In this document: piece by piece, positions 25,386-40,193 of the stretch
How the letters are laid out: each line of letters starts with the position of its first letter
How positions within the stretch are numbered: the first letter of the stretch is position 1
Source: the human T2T-CHM13v2.0 reference genome, Homo sapiens
Assembly: GCF_009914755.1 (NCBI RefSeq)
Contig: NC_060928.1
DNA: 64,000 bases
Strand: one strand, 5' to 3'
Program-made: the position numbers and the translations under genes
The notes under the pieces: generated by a model
The model's input: the letters and a program-made list of their open reading frames with translations, nothing else
What the model was told of the DNA's origin: nothing
Databases searched by the model: none

Positions 25386-25971
25386 CCGTCCTTTTATTCA
25401 AAGTTAAAAGATAAATGTTTAAAGGATATAAATATACATATATCCACTTTGCAGATTTATTGTGCAACTCAAAAATTTTAATGTCATACTTGACATTTCA
25501 AAATGCATTCAGAAAAATCATTTGAATATTTAAGCCAACACATTTATCTCAAATATTAAATTTTATTAACTAAGCAAAATTTATATAATTAATTTAACGT
25601 GTTCTAGTTAAGTGGGAGGAATTTAATATGACTTGTAAACCTATGCAGAAGATGATAAAGAATACCAAAATCCCACACTCCCCAAATTATTTATTCCTCT
25701 TCTTGGCCACAGGAATTCTTGAATTCTTTCCAATGGTGTTATTGCTTGCATTCTTTTGGAAAAACTTTGTGTTGTGGCTAGGTTAATTATTATAACACTC
25801 TTAAACAGTAATTAATATTGGTTTGCTTTCAGTTTATTAGTGCTCATTCTCATCTGATAGGCTAAAAGAAGGGGGAAAAGTTGAGAAACAGGGATGGGTC
25901 TGGACCAAATTATATAGAAAGAGTGGATAGTTATCACCGCTAAAGAATCATTAAAGAAATTGCTCACTCCT

Positions 25972-26275
25972 GGCCAGGTGCGATGGCTCATGCCTGTAAT
26001 CCCAGCACTTTGGGAGGCCAAGGCAGGTGGATCACAAGGTCAGGAGATCGAGACCATCCTGGCTAACACGGTGAAACCCCATCTCTACTAAAAATACAAA
26101 AAATTAACCGGGCATCGTGGCAGGTGCCTGTAGACCCAGCTATTCGGGAGGCTGAGGCAGGAGAAAGGGATGAACCCAGGAGGCAGAGCTTGCAGCAATG
26201 AGCCGAGATCGCGCCACCTCACTCCAGCCTGGGCAACAGAGCAAGACTCCGTCTAAAAAAAAAAAAAAAAAAAGA
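25972..26275 (+). mobile_element. AluY-like SINE
   Basis: AluY-type diagnostics GAGATCGAGACCATCCTGGCTAACACGG and GCAGAGCTTGCAG, with a poly-A tail. TSD AGAAATTRCTCACTCCT. Confidence 0.96.
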
Positions 26276-27164
26276 GAGAAATTACTCACTCCTTTCCCCT
26301 GTTACCAAAGGCACACAAGAATTTTATTTATGTATAAAGTTGATGTGTTAGTAAATGTTTTACCACTTGGCTCTCTGAAAGAAAAGCCCTCATCTGTAGT
26401 GTTTGCTGATTTCCATGGAGAAAATTCCCCAGGATTTTTCCATATTAACTATTGCCAAGCAAGCTTACTTACATTATGGACTGTTTTTCTACAGATTTAT
26501 CATTTAATGTCTCTTTCTCATACTACAGTATAAATGATAAACCCAAGGGAAGCACAATATAGATAATAAAAGAGGAAATAAAATATCACTGTTAGAAAGG
26601 TAGAGTTCCAAGTAAATGATCATACAGGTACATTATTATTTTACGGTAATGTAGCCTTGAAGGCATCTTTAAAAGGAATAAATTCCAGAAAAATATCCTG
26701 CAAAACCAGCAGTGCCTGAAGGAGTTAGTAATTAAAATGTGCCAGAAAGACTACACTATAGAATTTCCTACATATTCACTCTAATAAATGTTTCCATTCA
26801 AGGAAAAATGTTAGAAAGAAAAAATCAAATAATAATTGACTTGAAAACTTGTAGGCCAATTTTTAGCTGGGAGCAAATATGTAATACAGATATATAAATC
26901 TCTCCAAAAGGATGTTTGATGATGGAAGTCCTTGGGGGTAAAGTATACCTATGGCAATTCATTACTCCATTTAAAGCACTGCATTGTACTTTATTTACAA
27001 AAAATAGTGTATAAAATGCTCAGACATTCTGTGAAAAAAGTAAGGAGAAACAAGAAATATAGGCTGTTTTTTTTCTGCGAGTTGCATATAATTTTACCCA
27101 AAAATATCCTGGTTTTCCTTTATTATAGTCTACCAATGAAATTATCAAGAGTATACTGGAGAGG

Positions 27165-27610
27165 AAAGATATAGACTTTGTTGAATTCCAGTCTAAATTA
27201 TTTGCATTGTCACTTTAAGTTGCCTAACATATCTAGCTTTCAGTTTCCTTAACGGTAGAATGTGAACAGTAATAGTAATATTTACTATGTAGTGTACTCT
27301 TTCTATTTCTTAAGTTACGCTAATCATTTCAGAAAATTTTCTCATTAAACTTTCAAACAACATGAAGATCCAGGTATTATATACCTATTTGTAACAGATG
27401 AAAAATCTGGGACACAGAGCATCTTGAATTCCTTCCTGAGAGTCACAGAGCAAATGCGTGGTCTAGAAGAGATTGTACTTGGATATTTGTTTCCTAAACT
27501 CAGACTTCCAACCTCCTCTCTAACTTCATAATATTTGCAAAATAATTAAATGGATATGAAAAGCTAGCAATGTGCTGAGTATCTAGTAGGAGATCAGTAA
27601 TTATTAAATG
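27165..27610. mobile_element. MIR SINE fragments in both orientations
   Basis: MIR core-like TTTCAGTTTCCTTAACGGTAGAATG..ATAGTA and the reverse-type GGTATTATTATACCTATTT..ACAGATGAAAAATCTGGGACACAGAG. Confidence 0.6.
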
Positions 27611-28315
27611 CATCCAATTTTTCCTTACATTTCTAAAGGTACTGTGAAGAAAGGATGTATAGCTTTTTTAGTCAAAAATAATTAGCACAAGTATTCTGCT
27701 GGGTATTTTGTATCCTATTGATGAGTTTCCTTATTGGTGGGAGTGGAGAAGAATAAAGAGAATTAGGAAAGAGAGAGAGAAGAAATCTCCAAATTGAACT
27801 TAAATAGCGGGAGCTGTCCTTCAGAACCAAGCCTGCTATTAAACTAAAAAGGTGCACACTGGATGCACATCAATCTTTACTGTCACCTTCTACAAACTAT
27901 GATTGAGTAATAGATGAGTATTTGAATACAGCACTATATTCCATCGTTGGCATGTCAGCTCTCAGTGCTGACTAAGTGAATTGTGTTGCTCTCTGATTAA
28001 CTTGAAATAAAGAGGATGTTCATTTCCATCAACATTTATCAGAGCTTTGTGGTACAGGCTAAACAGTTTGTGCCACAACTATTCTTGAAGTTAAGTTCAG
28101 AAATTCCAATTTATCAGCAGAATTAGTTTCCCAGATTTTCAGAGCTGTATTCTTGAGTATATTTTCTGATAATTTCCATAGAATATTTTCAGGTATATTC
28201 GTTGAAAATTTATCTTGATACATAAAATTACCTTGGTCAAATATGTAATACAATTATGACTTTCCTTTCATCGTCATTTAATAATAACAAATTCTCAAAA
28301 TAGTTTTCGAAGCAT

Positions 28316-28479
28316 TTTTTTTTTTTTTTTTTGAGATGGAGTTTTGCTCGTCTCCCAGGCTGGAGTGCAAAGCCACAATTTTGGCTTACAGCAACCAATG
28401 CCTCCCAGGTCAAGTGGTTCTCCTGCCTCAGTCTCCCGAGTAGCTGGTATTACAGGCATGCGCCACCACCCCAGGCTAA

Positions 28480-28524
<45 letters not shown>

Positions 28525-28644
28525 AGTAGAGACATGGTTTCTCCATGTTGGTCAGGCTGGTCTCGAAATCCCGACCTCAGGTGATCCGCCCTCCTAGGCC
28601 TCCCAAAGTGCTGGGATTATAGGCATGAGCCACCGCGCCTGGCC
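28316..28644 (-). mobile_element. AluS (Sp/Sq-like) SINE with (TG)20 in the inter-monomer linker
   Basis: Poly-T, then a reverse Alu with (TG)20 at 28482-28521 in place of the mid A-rich linker. AAGCATTTTT on both flanks. Confidence 0.95.
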
Positions 28645-29889
28645 CCTATCAAAGCATTTTTAATAATGTATTGTTTGTGGGGAGTGGAAGAGAAACAAGT
28701 AAATGCCACCAACACTGATCTACATATTTGTTAACAATCAACTAACAAATGATAAAATACAAATATTATTACAATGACAGAATAACCATTTCTTCTAGAT
28801 TTTACTAAACTTCAAATTATACATGGCTTGAGTGCCTATTTTAAAAGCAACAGGAAGAATTATACTTGGAGATATTTCAGAGATACATTTCAGAAATGAA
28901 ATCTGAGGGTACAGATTCTAACTCAATCAAAGGTCTATGCATCAGACAAAACAATCTGCCCAGCTAGATCAAGATGATTACAGTCTCTCCAAAATCCAAA
29001 GTGGTAGCATATTCCATTATCTCACTAAAGTCTTGTGTGATCTCCTTTAACCTTTTCTTCTAATATAACTCACTTAACTCTTTTAGTACTTTTCCTTCCC
29101 TCAAATCATATGGAATATTTCTTTTCTTTCTTCTTAGAATGTATAGTATCTGACATTCTTATCATTTATTTAGAACCATAAAAATACTAAAAAGGGGTAT
29201 AGGGATCCTCTAATTATTAGACACTTATTTAATTTTTTACAACATGTCTGATATTAGTCAATGAATGAAGAGGCTCGGTTTATGGTGACAAATGAGAGCT
29301 GATTATTATGATCAATGACAGCAATAAAATGGAACAATGGAAACCATGGAAAAAAATAAAGCTCCACCCCATCTGAAGGTGGTCATCATACACAGTGCTT
29401 GCTGATTATTGAACAGACAGAATGCAGGTTCAGGACATCCATTGTGGAAAAAGTTGATCAATACTTCTTTTTTTAGTAAGATGCTGTGTTAGACGTCTCA
29501 ACACAGTTTTAAATACAGTATTGGTACTAACCCCGCACTTTAAAATAGTCCAATTTAGGATAAGCCAAATAACTCCCCAATGTCAAAGCAGGAAAGGCAT
29601 GTATTCTATAAATAGCAGATTTTAACTTTGAAAATTCTTTAGGAATGTCAGCTAAAATAAAATCATACTACATAAATATTCAAGCATACATGAAGTTCTG
29701 ATATATTCTGAATTTTCCTGAATAAACAAGAAAGTCAATATTTGATATTTAATTACAAACAATAAAATGTAGGTTTCTTTTAATACAAGAGAACATGAAA
29801 ACAAAATTCACAATTGCATAATCCCTGTGACACTGAAAACAAACAAAAAACATTAACAATTCCAGAGGTAAAATTACATTATCTGTATT

Positions 29890-30510
29890 GTTCTCAGTAT
29901 TTTACATGCATTATGTCATTTAATCCTTACAAAAATCCCATTCAATTGCTTCTATTCTGACCTCCAATTTATATAAGAGAAAACTCAGGCCCAGGTGAGA
30001 AAAGTGGCTTGCCCAAGGCCAGACAACAATAAAGTTCTAGAGTAGAGTAGGATTTGAGCATGCGCTCTCTTTCCTTTCTTTCTCTTTCTCTCTCCAGTGA
30101 TTTGTCCTTTCTTTCTGTCCAACTTAATTTTAAACAACTTGTACATATTATATACACCTGCATCTTGTTTTTTCAAATGGAATTAAATTTTGGAATTATT
30201 TTCTATCAACTTATCCAGATCTACCTCATTTCATAACAACTACATGGAGGAATCATAATTCATGCAAAATATACAGAGTAGCAGCATAGTGTTGTGTTTT
30301 AAGACACAGACTCTAGAGTTCAAGTTCTGGGTTTTGGGTCTTAGCACTGCACTCACATCACCATTGCCCTTACTAGCTCTATGATCATGGTGCAAAACGG
30401 GAACAATAATAGTAATAGCTCACAAGGTTATTATGAAGGTTAAACAAATTAATATTTCAAATCATATTGAATAGAGCCTGATGTAATTAACAAACTATAT
30501 AAGCATTGTT
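29890..30510. mobile_element. Two MIR SINE fragments (about 29890-30050 and 30280-30510)
   Basis: TTTACATGCATTATGTCATTTAATCCTTACAA..GAAAACTCAGGCCCAG..GGCTTGCCCAAGGCCA and GCAGCATAGTGTTGTGTTTTAAGACACAGACTCTAGAG..AATAATAGTA..CACAAGGTTATTATGAAGGTTAAA. Confidence 0.65.
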
Positions 30511-32759
30511 AATAAACATTAAGGAATTTTTTATTTCTAAGTTGTTGATATCCCCAACAATTTAAGTTCATCAAAGGACATAGCATTTTTAATTTTGAAT
30601 ATTGCCAAATGATCAAAATTGTGCTGCCTTATAGAATAAACATTATCAACATTTTTAATATTAGTTAATTTTTAAGTGGAAAATTATAGTTATTTAATTA
30701 TGAGAAAGGTGAAACACCTTTTTGGTTATTTATTATTTGCATTTACTTTTTAAATATTATCAGATCTATTTCATACTTTTCTAATGGATTTCTTCTCTTT
30801 ACTTAATCTTTAGAATATTTTTACAAATGTGTATCTTGTATTCCCAATTTTATCCTTCATAGTTTTACTGTATTTATATATTGCTATGCTGAATTTTTTT
30901 TTAAAATGCCTATTTCTGTAAAATTTAATTTATCCTGGAAACCTAGCAGAAAAAACAATTTAATTTTTTTACTAACAATTTTTTAAATTTCTTTATTTTC
31001 TCAATAATTATAAGTGCAAAATAGCTCTGCTACTTATAAAAATACTTCGTGGAACTTAAATGCTCATGGATTATATTTAATTTACTGGTCATATATAATC
31101 AACTCAGTGTAAAAGGCAAATATTTCATAATGAGACACTTTAAAATATATGCGCACCTTTTTAAAAAAATGTGTACAATAAATTAGTTTTCTTTAGTTTC
31201 TCTTAATCTTAATCTAATAAAAATAGAAAACCCAAAACTATAGATTAAATATTTGAAAATCTAAGTGGACAATATGTATACACTTTTTTCTCAATCATGA
31301 TAAAATAACTCAACTCAGCTGAAATTCAAATGTATTACAAACAGTTCTGGTCATTTTTCACTTGTCAATGAGCCATTAGGCACTACATTAATTTATTAGA
31401 ATCTGTTGTTGCTCTTTTGTGATACTTAGGTTCCCAATAATTCTTTTTTGCCGTTGACAGTCTCATCATTCCTTGAAACAAATGATAATTGTAAATCTTT
31501 GGCAAAGAGTGTATCATGATCATACCTATCCTTTATCCTGTCTTTCATTAGTACATTCCTCCTCTGCCTTGTTTTAGCAGAGTAGAGGAGAAGAAAGATT
31601 TATTGTTTATTGAGTATAATTTGAAGGACAATCAAAAGATTCATTTGTGATATAGTCAACACTAATTGAAGTTACAGCAAATTCTTCTTATTTGGAATGA
31701 GATGTTACTTCACATACTGTTATATGGGATAATTTTATGATAAAATAATATGTTGAAATTATCCACAAAACTACTCTTAAAATACTCAAGATAATATGGA
31801 ATATTTCAAGATCATTTTCTAATAGCTGTAAACTAACATTGAACAGAGGTAGTGCTAGCTTATGAAATCTTCGATGTAACATTGAGCATTCAAGTACCAA
31901 AATAAAAATCTGGAGTACAAAATTCTAATATCAGAATGACTACAGAGATGTAGGAGGAGAATAAAATAAAATGAATTCTTTGTGTAGGGCAATGAGGGAC
32001 CTGAATCATGACAAGTATGTGAGATGTACCTACAAAAGGAGCTTAGAAAAGCCAACTATGACAAAACATAGAGGACTGGGGCATGTTAAAAAAATAAATA
32101 TAAATATAAAATAACAGTCCAAAACATCATCAGACAGATGAATTTTAAGACACATAAACAAGCAAACAAACTTTGTATTAAAGCTCAATTTAGAAATTGG
32201 ACTAAATATAGAGCATATTCAGTCACACAAAAATATTAGTTGCTACAACAAAGGTCAAGATAATTTATAAAATGAAAAGAGAAATCTTAAAATTTTATTT
32301 GTGCTATAGCTCTTCATATTAAACTACCATGCTTATGCTTCATTTACTTCAAAAATCTCATTTGCCAAATTTTAGGTACTGTTTACTTATTTTGACATGC
32401 TATGTTACTAATTTGTACTCTTGTTTAATCAGTAGACCCCCAGTTGAAATAGAGATGAATTTTAAAATAATTTTTATAAAGGAAAGAAAAAATGAAAAAG
32501 TCTGTCTACAAGGAATTTACTCTGTAGTGAATAATATTTGTGTGTTTCCATTTAAAAAACACACATATTTATAAATACTCTAAAGTCTTATGTACCATTT
32601 TATATATTATAAAGATATACATAATCACTAAAGAAAACTTGGAAAATATACAAAGAGAAAAAAATACATATTTGCACAATCTGTAGCCTGTCAATCATCT
32701 GTTGTTTTTCTTAGTAGTCTTCTAAAATATTGTAGGAAAATTCTCAAAATAGGGAACTA

Positions 32760-34060
32760 CAAGCCACAGAGGAGTCACATAGATGAAGTCATCTCTCTTG
32801 ATTGAAGAGGCTTATGAATCCTTTATGAAGGAGACACATGAGCTGTGTCTTGATACTAATCAAACAAAGAAGGGAAATGCCCAATAGGCAAAGGAAAAAA
32901 TAATGTACAGAAATGTAAAGGCAGAAATAATATCAAATATAAGGCAAAGGATAATTACTTGTTTGGTCTATGTATAATTTGGCAGGGGGAAGTCATAGTA
33001 AACAGGTCCAAAATTGACAAAAAGATTCCTAAGGGAAGCTGTTGATGGCAATTTACTGTAAGGGTAGTATAACTCACACTTGTTCTAGGCTTATGACTTT
33101 GAGAGCAAAGAAAATTATTGTCAAGTTTAAGATGAGAAACAAGTGGAAATAATAAAATTTGGAGACAGTGAGACAATTTAGAGGACTGTTATAATAACTT
33201 GGTGTGTTAGATTATGCAGGTCTGAACTCAAATAAATACAGAAAGGATGAAGAAGAGAACGTTTACCTGGCACTTCAATACTCAGAAAACAGAAGAGACT
33301 ACCTACATCTTAAAAAGCAAACAAAACAAACAAACAATGAAAGAAAACAGAATACAGAGAAGATGAAAAACACTTACACTACAGAACTAGTGACCAACTG
33401 AATTTTGGAAGAAGAAAAGGTATAGGAAGCAAGGATAATCCCTATGCTTCTGACTTAGAAAATGTTGGTATTACTAACAGAATAAAGAATAATGGTAGAC
33501 TTTTAGGTATGAGAGGAAATGATTAATGCATAAACACACATAAATATAAAAAGTGGAGTTTTACTTTTAATTATAAAATATATTTTTTCTAAATATAGAT
33601 ATTTATTATCAAAATGAAGACACATTTAAAGCCATATGCATTTGGAATTTTCATGAATAAGAATAAAATGTATAAAGAAGTACTAATTCACATAAATTCG
33701 TTTAAATAGTAGACAGAAAGATTCTACTACAAAAGAAACAAAGATTGAACAATCAGAGACAGAGGAAGTTGACTAGAATTTTGAAATATTATGAAAGCCA
33801 AGGAAGGAGAAAATTTAAGAGGTGGAATAATGAAGTGTCAAATGCCACAGAGAGGTATATAAAATAAAATAAAAAACATGCCCAAAGGCATTGGCAATAT
33901 TCCAAGTCTTTGGAAACCTTAGTAAGAGCAGTTAGAGCAGAGTGATGAGGACAGAAACCAGGTTGCATGGGATGTAGAGAGGATGTAATCTTATAAGGCA
34001 GAAACAGTAATGTATATTCCTTGTTGAAAAAGCTTGCTTCTGAAGAAAAGAGAATAGATA
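32760..34060 (-). mobile_element. L2 LINE remnants, fragmented
   Basis: Purine-rich antisense L2-type blocks such as GAAAGCCAAGGAAGGAGAAAATTTAAGAGG..GTGTCAAATGCCACAGAGAGG and CCTTAGTAAGAGCAGTT..AGTGATGAGGACAGAAACCAG. Boundaries approximate. Confidence 0.55.
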
Positions 34061-34220
34061 AGACAGTTATTAGAGTTCACAATGGGTCATGAACAATGAA
34101 ATAAGTGAATATAAGTGAAAAAAGGAACAATTAGAAAGCAAAAGTTGAAAAATATAAAATAAATAACAAGGCAAGAATTTCTGATAACACAGAAGTTAGA
34201 AGGAAAAGTCAGTTTTCCCC

Positions 34221-34338
34221 TAGAGATGGGGTCTCACTATGTTGCCCAGGCTGGCCTCAACCTCCTGACCTCAAGCAATCCTCCCAACTCAGCTTTCCTA
34301 GTAGCTGAGATTACAGGTGTGAGCCACCATGCCTGGCC
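34221..34338 (-). mobile_element. FLAM (free left Alu monomer)
   Basis: Single monomer TAGAGATGGGGTCTCACTATGTTGCCCAGGCTGG..CTCAAGCAATCCTCCC..GAGCCACCATGCCTGGCC. Confidence 0.85.
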
Positions 34339-37300
34339 AAAAAAAAATCTTGAGAAAAATAAGGTGTACTTATCTAATTGAGGCAGGAGAAAGTTAGGTA
34401 AATACGACTATATGGAGGCAAACACATCTGTAGATAGTAGAGAAAAATTGAAATATCGTGTAGCATATGACCAAAAGAAAGAGAATCCCAGAGTTAATTT
34501 ATTTTCCAATCCTAGTATGTTACATTGCAGATGTTATATCATCTCCCACACGTTTCTAAATTGTAATTAAACGCTGATTAATAGCAGAAGCTGAGAGAGA
34601 AAAGAAACATAAAAATCTAAGACTGTCTGATTTCATAAGATTGACTGAATTCTTAAAGAAACAGAGTAGAGAGCAGTTTAGGAAGGCAGACAAGGGCCCT
34701 GAGGGCACCATCACCAAATTGATATCAGCTTGGCTCAGGTTCCCTTAGCTTTTTTTAGATTCCATTTCCAGTTGAACTAAATATGTTTGCTTTATCACTA
34801 TTTTCGTCTATCTTTTCAATGTCCTCAATACATTTTCACCCTGAAACTTCCTCACTGATCTATAACTGACATCTGTTGGGACATTCCCGAATGGATAAGC
34901 ATTTGATTGTTGCATGTCTGCTTTTTTTTTTTCTCTAAAATGTGTATTGTGTATAACATCAGAAAGAAGTGTGGAGTAGTTGTCTAGGGGCAAATATTAG
35001 TGGATGCTTGTCATCCACAAGTTATCAGCTTGTCTCTGGATGAAAAGACAAACTTCAGTGAATTGGGTAAGACATTATAAATTGAAGACACATGCTTCCA
35101 AATGAAACTGGATACTTTATGTTTAAAAAGGTACAAGAAATATGTTGTGATACTTCACAGATGAATGTCAAAGTAATAATAGATCTTTTAAGTCCACATT
35201 TTCTAGGAAAATGTTAATAATTATGTCATCTTTCTTACCTTCTTTCATTTCTCTCTCTCTGTTTCTCTTCATTCAGAAAATGAAATACTTAGGGTTTCAT
35301 CAATTGTTCTGTAAAGAAAATTTTGTGTTCAAAAGTATCCAAATAATATATGCCATGTCAGACCGACACAAGAGACAGACCCCTTATTGAGCAGGGGACC
35401 TATCCAGAATATTCAGTCAACATATATTTTTTGTCCTTACTTTACTCAAAAAACAGCATTAGAAAAAAAACTTACATGGCTTTTTGTGTCTCTGTATTCT
35501 GTTACAGTGCTGAATCATCTATGCCTGCAGCAACTGTAGCAAAACTGACTTCAAAGTGACTGTTTTTTAGATTTAAACTAACGAGAAGTAAAACAAAACT
35601 TGGCCGTGATGAGCCAAACAAAGATTAATCTATGAACTTGATATAATCACAGCTAAATTTTGTGCGTTGGTGTAAAAAATGTCTCTAAATTAAAACACAA
35701 GTAATGATAGAGGAAACCAAATGTCAATCATCATTTTATATAACTTTTAAAACAATTTAAATTTACAAATTAATGAATCACAAAGGAAAACAAAGAATAA
35801 TGTTGAAGGTAAAATTAATAGGAATCTAGATCTTATTTTTATGTAAACTATAATTTAATATTAGCATGTTTCTAAAATACATTTACAAATTAGGTAATAT
35901 ATGTGGAAGAGCATATAAAAATATAAATATTTAATCAAATGTGAAGGCTTATTTTGAATCCTTGGTTGTAACTCAGATTTGGCCTTCATGTGCGTGGAAA
36001 CGAATCCCCTGTATCTGAGTTCAGAGAATTTTAATAAATAAGATTATATTAATAAAATCCTGTTTTGGGAGGTCCATGTTTATTAGAAGCATCATCTGCT
36101 GAAATCCACATCAACATTCATTCAATAATAATCATAAATAACATAATTAGTTATTATAAATTAGTTATTCTAATTATTGGAATATTTGTAAAATTAATGA
36201 CAGCAAATATTCAAGGCTAAAGAATAATTATTTACTTAGTGGGGAATCATACCTCATCATATGTATACTAATCAAATATCAAGTCTAATCTCTTTTTTGT
36301 GTTTTTTCTGATAATCCTGCAATCATTAGGCATTTTGCTCTTACAGTTTTGGCTTTTACATGTATCAAGACATGTCTGAGCAGTATAAGCTTTATCCAGT
36401 TTGAAAGTTCAATAATGAACATTAGATTGAGAAAAATATATTATTGCATTCAGTAGTGTTCTTTTTATTTGCTTTATTTTGTGGTTGTTTGTGTTGTATA
36501 AAATTGTGTTGTACTTTTCTTCTTCATTCACAGAAATACATTACTTGAGTACATTGACTTTATTTGGCAAACCTGTTTCATGTAATATTAACAAAATGAG
36601 GACCACTTATTGTTAGTTGCATTAAGTCCAAGCTTCTTAAATGAGTGAATTTATGACCTTTCAACCTACCAGTTAATATTATATTATTATTATTATTTTA
36701 TAAATGGTGGGCACCTCTAGGCTGTAATAATAATAAAACAAAAAACTATCTGAAGAACCTTAGAGTTAAGGAAGGTATGCAACCAAAATAAAAACATATA
36801 ACTAAATGTAATAAGCATTGAGGCAAACACACAAAATATTTATAAAACATGCTATTGGAGAACAGTGGAGCCGTTGTCTGTTTTCCTGAGAGACAAAAGT
36901 AGACTTCCTTGAGGAAATGGCATTTATCCTGAAAGTTAAAGCATGAATAGGAATGCCCCAAATGGGCCAAAGATAGTGCTAATAAGGAAGAAGCTGTGTA
37001 CAATCACAGATATGTGAAGCAGGGTGCAGATGACTCAAAGGTAGTTGAAAATATATCAGCCTTAAAAAATGGAAATCAGATGATCATTGTCACTGTGTTA
37101 TATGCTTAAGTGTTTGGAGTTTAGCTCATGTATCTACCTCCTACAACCCTCACACACAAAACTTCTTGTCTAAACAATAAGTTAATAAATTATATGGAAT
37201 TGTAATAGCTGTAATTGAGATAAAAGAGATTTGAGAATCTAATACATGTGATGAACCTCAACCCTATAATATCAGGACTTAACACCCAAAACCAAACTAT

Positions 37301-37659
37301 CCCCCTAACAAATGTGCACTCTTCTCTCTTGCTCTCTCTCTGTCTCCCTCCCTCTCTTTCTCCCTTTTTCTCCCCCCTCACTTAGTGGGTGTGTTTTTGT
37401 TTCACTTAGTTACTTGCACATGGCAAAAGGCTATTAAGCCTACCATTGTTATTATATGTAATGAAGATGTGACCTGTAAAAGACAGACAAAAGTAAGCAG
37501 GGGGAAACACAAGTATTTTGCTTGAGAAAGAATTTTATCATGATATTGGGAAGAAGGAATGTATAGAAGGAGAAGTGTAAGGAAACCTACCCAAATAAAG
37601 AATCTCCAAGAGAAAAAAAGAGGAATGCTGTATCTCAGAAAGACATGTGACCATACATT

Positions 37660-38095
37660 TGTTGTTCCTGAGACAACTCATAGAACTAATGAAAAGAGGT
37701 GCACACTATAAAGAACTGCCATAGATCAATACCAGTGGAAGGAAAGGGAAGAGAAGACAAGGATAGAGGAGGACAAATATTTGGGCAGGAGAAGTTGAGT
37801 GGTGATATAGGTCCAATATTTGACTCAGCTGACTCCACAGGAAGCTCCAAGGCTTAAATGGTCAGCAGTAGCTGTGTTATGTTGGTCAAAAAAGGGCAAG
37901 ATTTCAGACCTCTACCTGAATGAATTGAGTTCAGGCTCTCCCAGATACAGTGTGACTTTTAGATGAGAGTGCTCTTTGCAGCTGAGGTAATCTATGGAGG
38001 AGCTGAGAGTCGATGGCCATCTACTGACAGTATTCCTAAAAGCTGGAGAGCTAAGACTTTTCTTGAAGGGAGACTTGAGTGGGACACTATGCCCA
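37660..38095 (-). mobile_element. Old ERVL-class LTR (LTR16/33-like), decayed
   Basis: GAAGGAAAGGGAAG..GGGCAGGAGAAGTTGAG..CTCAGCTGACTCCACAGGAAGCTC..GCTCTTTGCAGCTGAGGTAATC resembles this LTR group. Confidence 0.45.
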
Positions 38096-40193
38096 ACTTA
38101 CTCCCCTCTACTAATCTGCTCTTCAGTTAGTTGAAGATGGTTATTGAGTTCCTTAGCAATAATATCTTCTCCAAAGCAAGCGTTCACATCTTTTCCATCT
38201 CTTTGCCTTTTATGTTATTCTTGGTCGTAAGTTCTAAAACGGTTTTTCCCTTCCTCAATTTAGAAGCCTAAGACTAAACATGGAATTCTAATAATATGTA
38301 AACCGTAAAACACAGCATGGAAGGCTACAAAGGACAAAACAAACAGTTAGCATTAATCAACTTTCTTAAGAGATGTAAGGGAAAATTCCTAAGTGAAAAA
38401 CCGGAAAAAACAATTATTTTACTTAAGCCTAGCATTTTAAGGACGTTTGAGTTAAATAGACAAAAAAGATAGGGTTCCATATAAAAAATTAACTATGTAC
38501 TTAATGGCAATCTGACCCTTGTAAAATCCTTCAACGAAATTAAGTAGCCTTGTTAGCATCTCATTTTAAATGTGTGAATGAAACTACTGAACTAAACTAG
38601 AAAATAAAGGTCACCGATCTAAAGAATGTGTTCCATGGGAATATAGGTTATAGTGTTGGTTGGTGTGGAGTTATAGGTCATTTTCCAGAAAAAGATATAA
38701 GCTAAAATACATTTCTATCCAAAGTTGGGCTATATTTATGTAACCACTGATCTTCAGAACATGTCATCTGCCATCCTGCAGCCATGTGGAAGTTCTGGAA
38801 AGGCTTTCATATTACCAAAAAAGAGAGGACATTTATAAAATATATTACCTTTTGATGTCTTTTTAAAATGTTTCTGTCACCATTTTTTTCTCTGCTTATC
38901 TGAACTTTTACAAGATGAAGATCATACTCACACTTAAGCATGTGAATAAGATTGCTAATTAATAAAATTAGTGAATCCTAATTCTACAAATGCTGAGCAG
39001 TTTACAAAAGCTGCTAGAGATCACAACTATAACCTTTCTCATCTATTAAAGCACATAATGTATCATCAAAAAGGAAAAATACATAAACCAAACACAACTA
39101 CTGAGATCAGAAACCTTAAGCAGTTATCTTCTGTGCATACTATCTGAATCTTCTTTAATGCATCTGGCTTCCAAAATGCCAACTAAGGGAACAAATTCCA
39201 GCAGGTATAGCTACATATTATGCATTCAAAAATAAAACCTCACTAAAAAGAAACATATTTTCTGCTTTGTGATTTAAACTTCTCTTACCTCACGATTTAT
39301 ACCAGGTTTCAAATACATACTAACATTGAATTTCAACAGTGAGAAACAAATGAGATGAATATCGCTATTAAGTTTGCAATGTTAGTTTGGTATATTGCTT
39401 GAACTTTTGGACCTCTTTTTAAATATAAAGCTTCTGGGCGTAGACAACTACTTTTAGAAGTTATCCTTACTAAACAAGGAGATTTCTGTACAATGATGTC
39501 ACTGAGTCTGCTGATACTAAATGAATTTAGTGTTCTTCAGTTTGTCTTAGTGCTATATGATGTGAAACTTATCTATCCTCCTTTTCAATGATAGCCTCAC
39601 TGATATATTGGTCTAAACATGGATGTGTAGATGACGCAAAGATACTACCATTTGTTACAAATAAAAGGTAGAACAATGGGTAGAGGATTGCCTGTTCTGC
39701 AATGACAAATGACCAGTAATCTACACAGTGAATATATTCCTCTGAAGTAAAATATTTCTAATATACCATAAAGTATGAATTTATTAATAAAAAGTAAGAG
39801 GAGGATAGGTATTCATTAACAGTTTTATTATTTATAGATAAGGAATTCTGCCTCTGTTATCCAATACAAGCTCCTTTTTTCCATCCATGAGAGAAATCAC
39901 TAATCAGCGATGGACATTTTCTCAATACCTGCAGAATTAACCCCATAATCCTTTTTCACCTGGCTTCTACCAACTGATCAAAATTGGGACATGATTTAAA
40001 ATCTGTCTTTGATCTTTTTCTACCTGATGGCAGTCATCACTTACAAATATAGCTTCTCGTTTAAAGCTGGCTTTATGTAAAATTGGAAAATAAAGTTTAT
40101 GGCAATTTCTGATTTTCTTCTATACCTTGTAGCACAGTTTTATTTTTTGCATGTTCATCTTAAAATTTCATCCATGTCCCTTTCCATATATCC

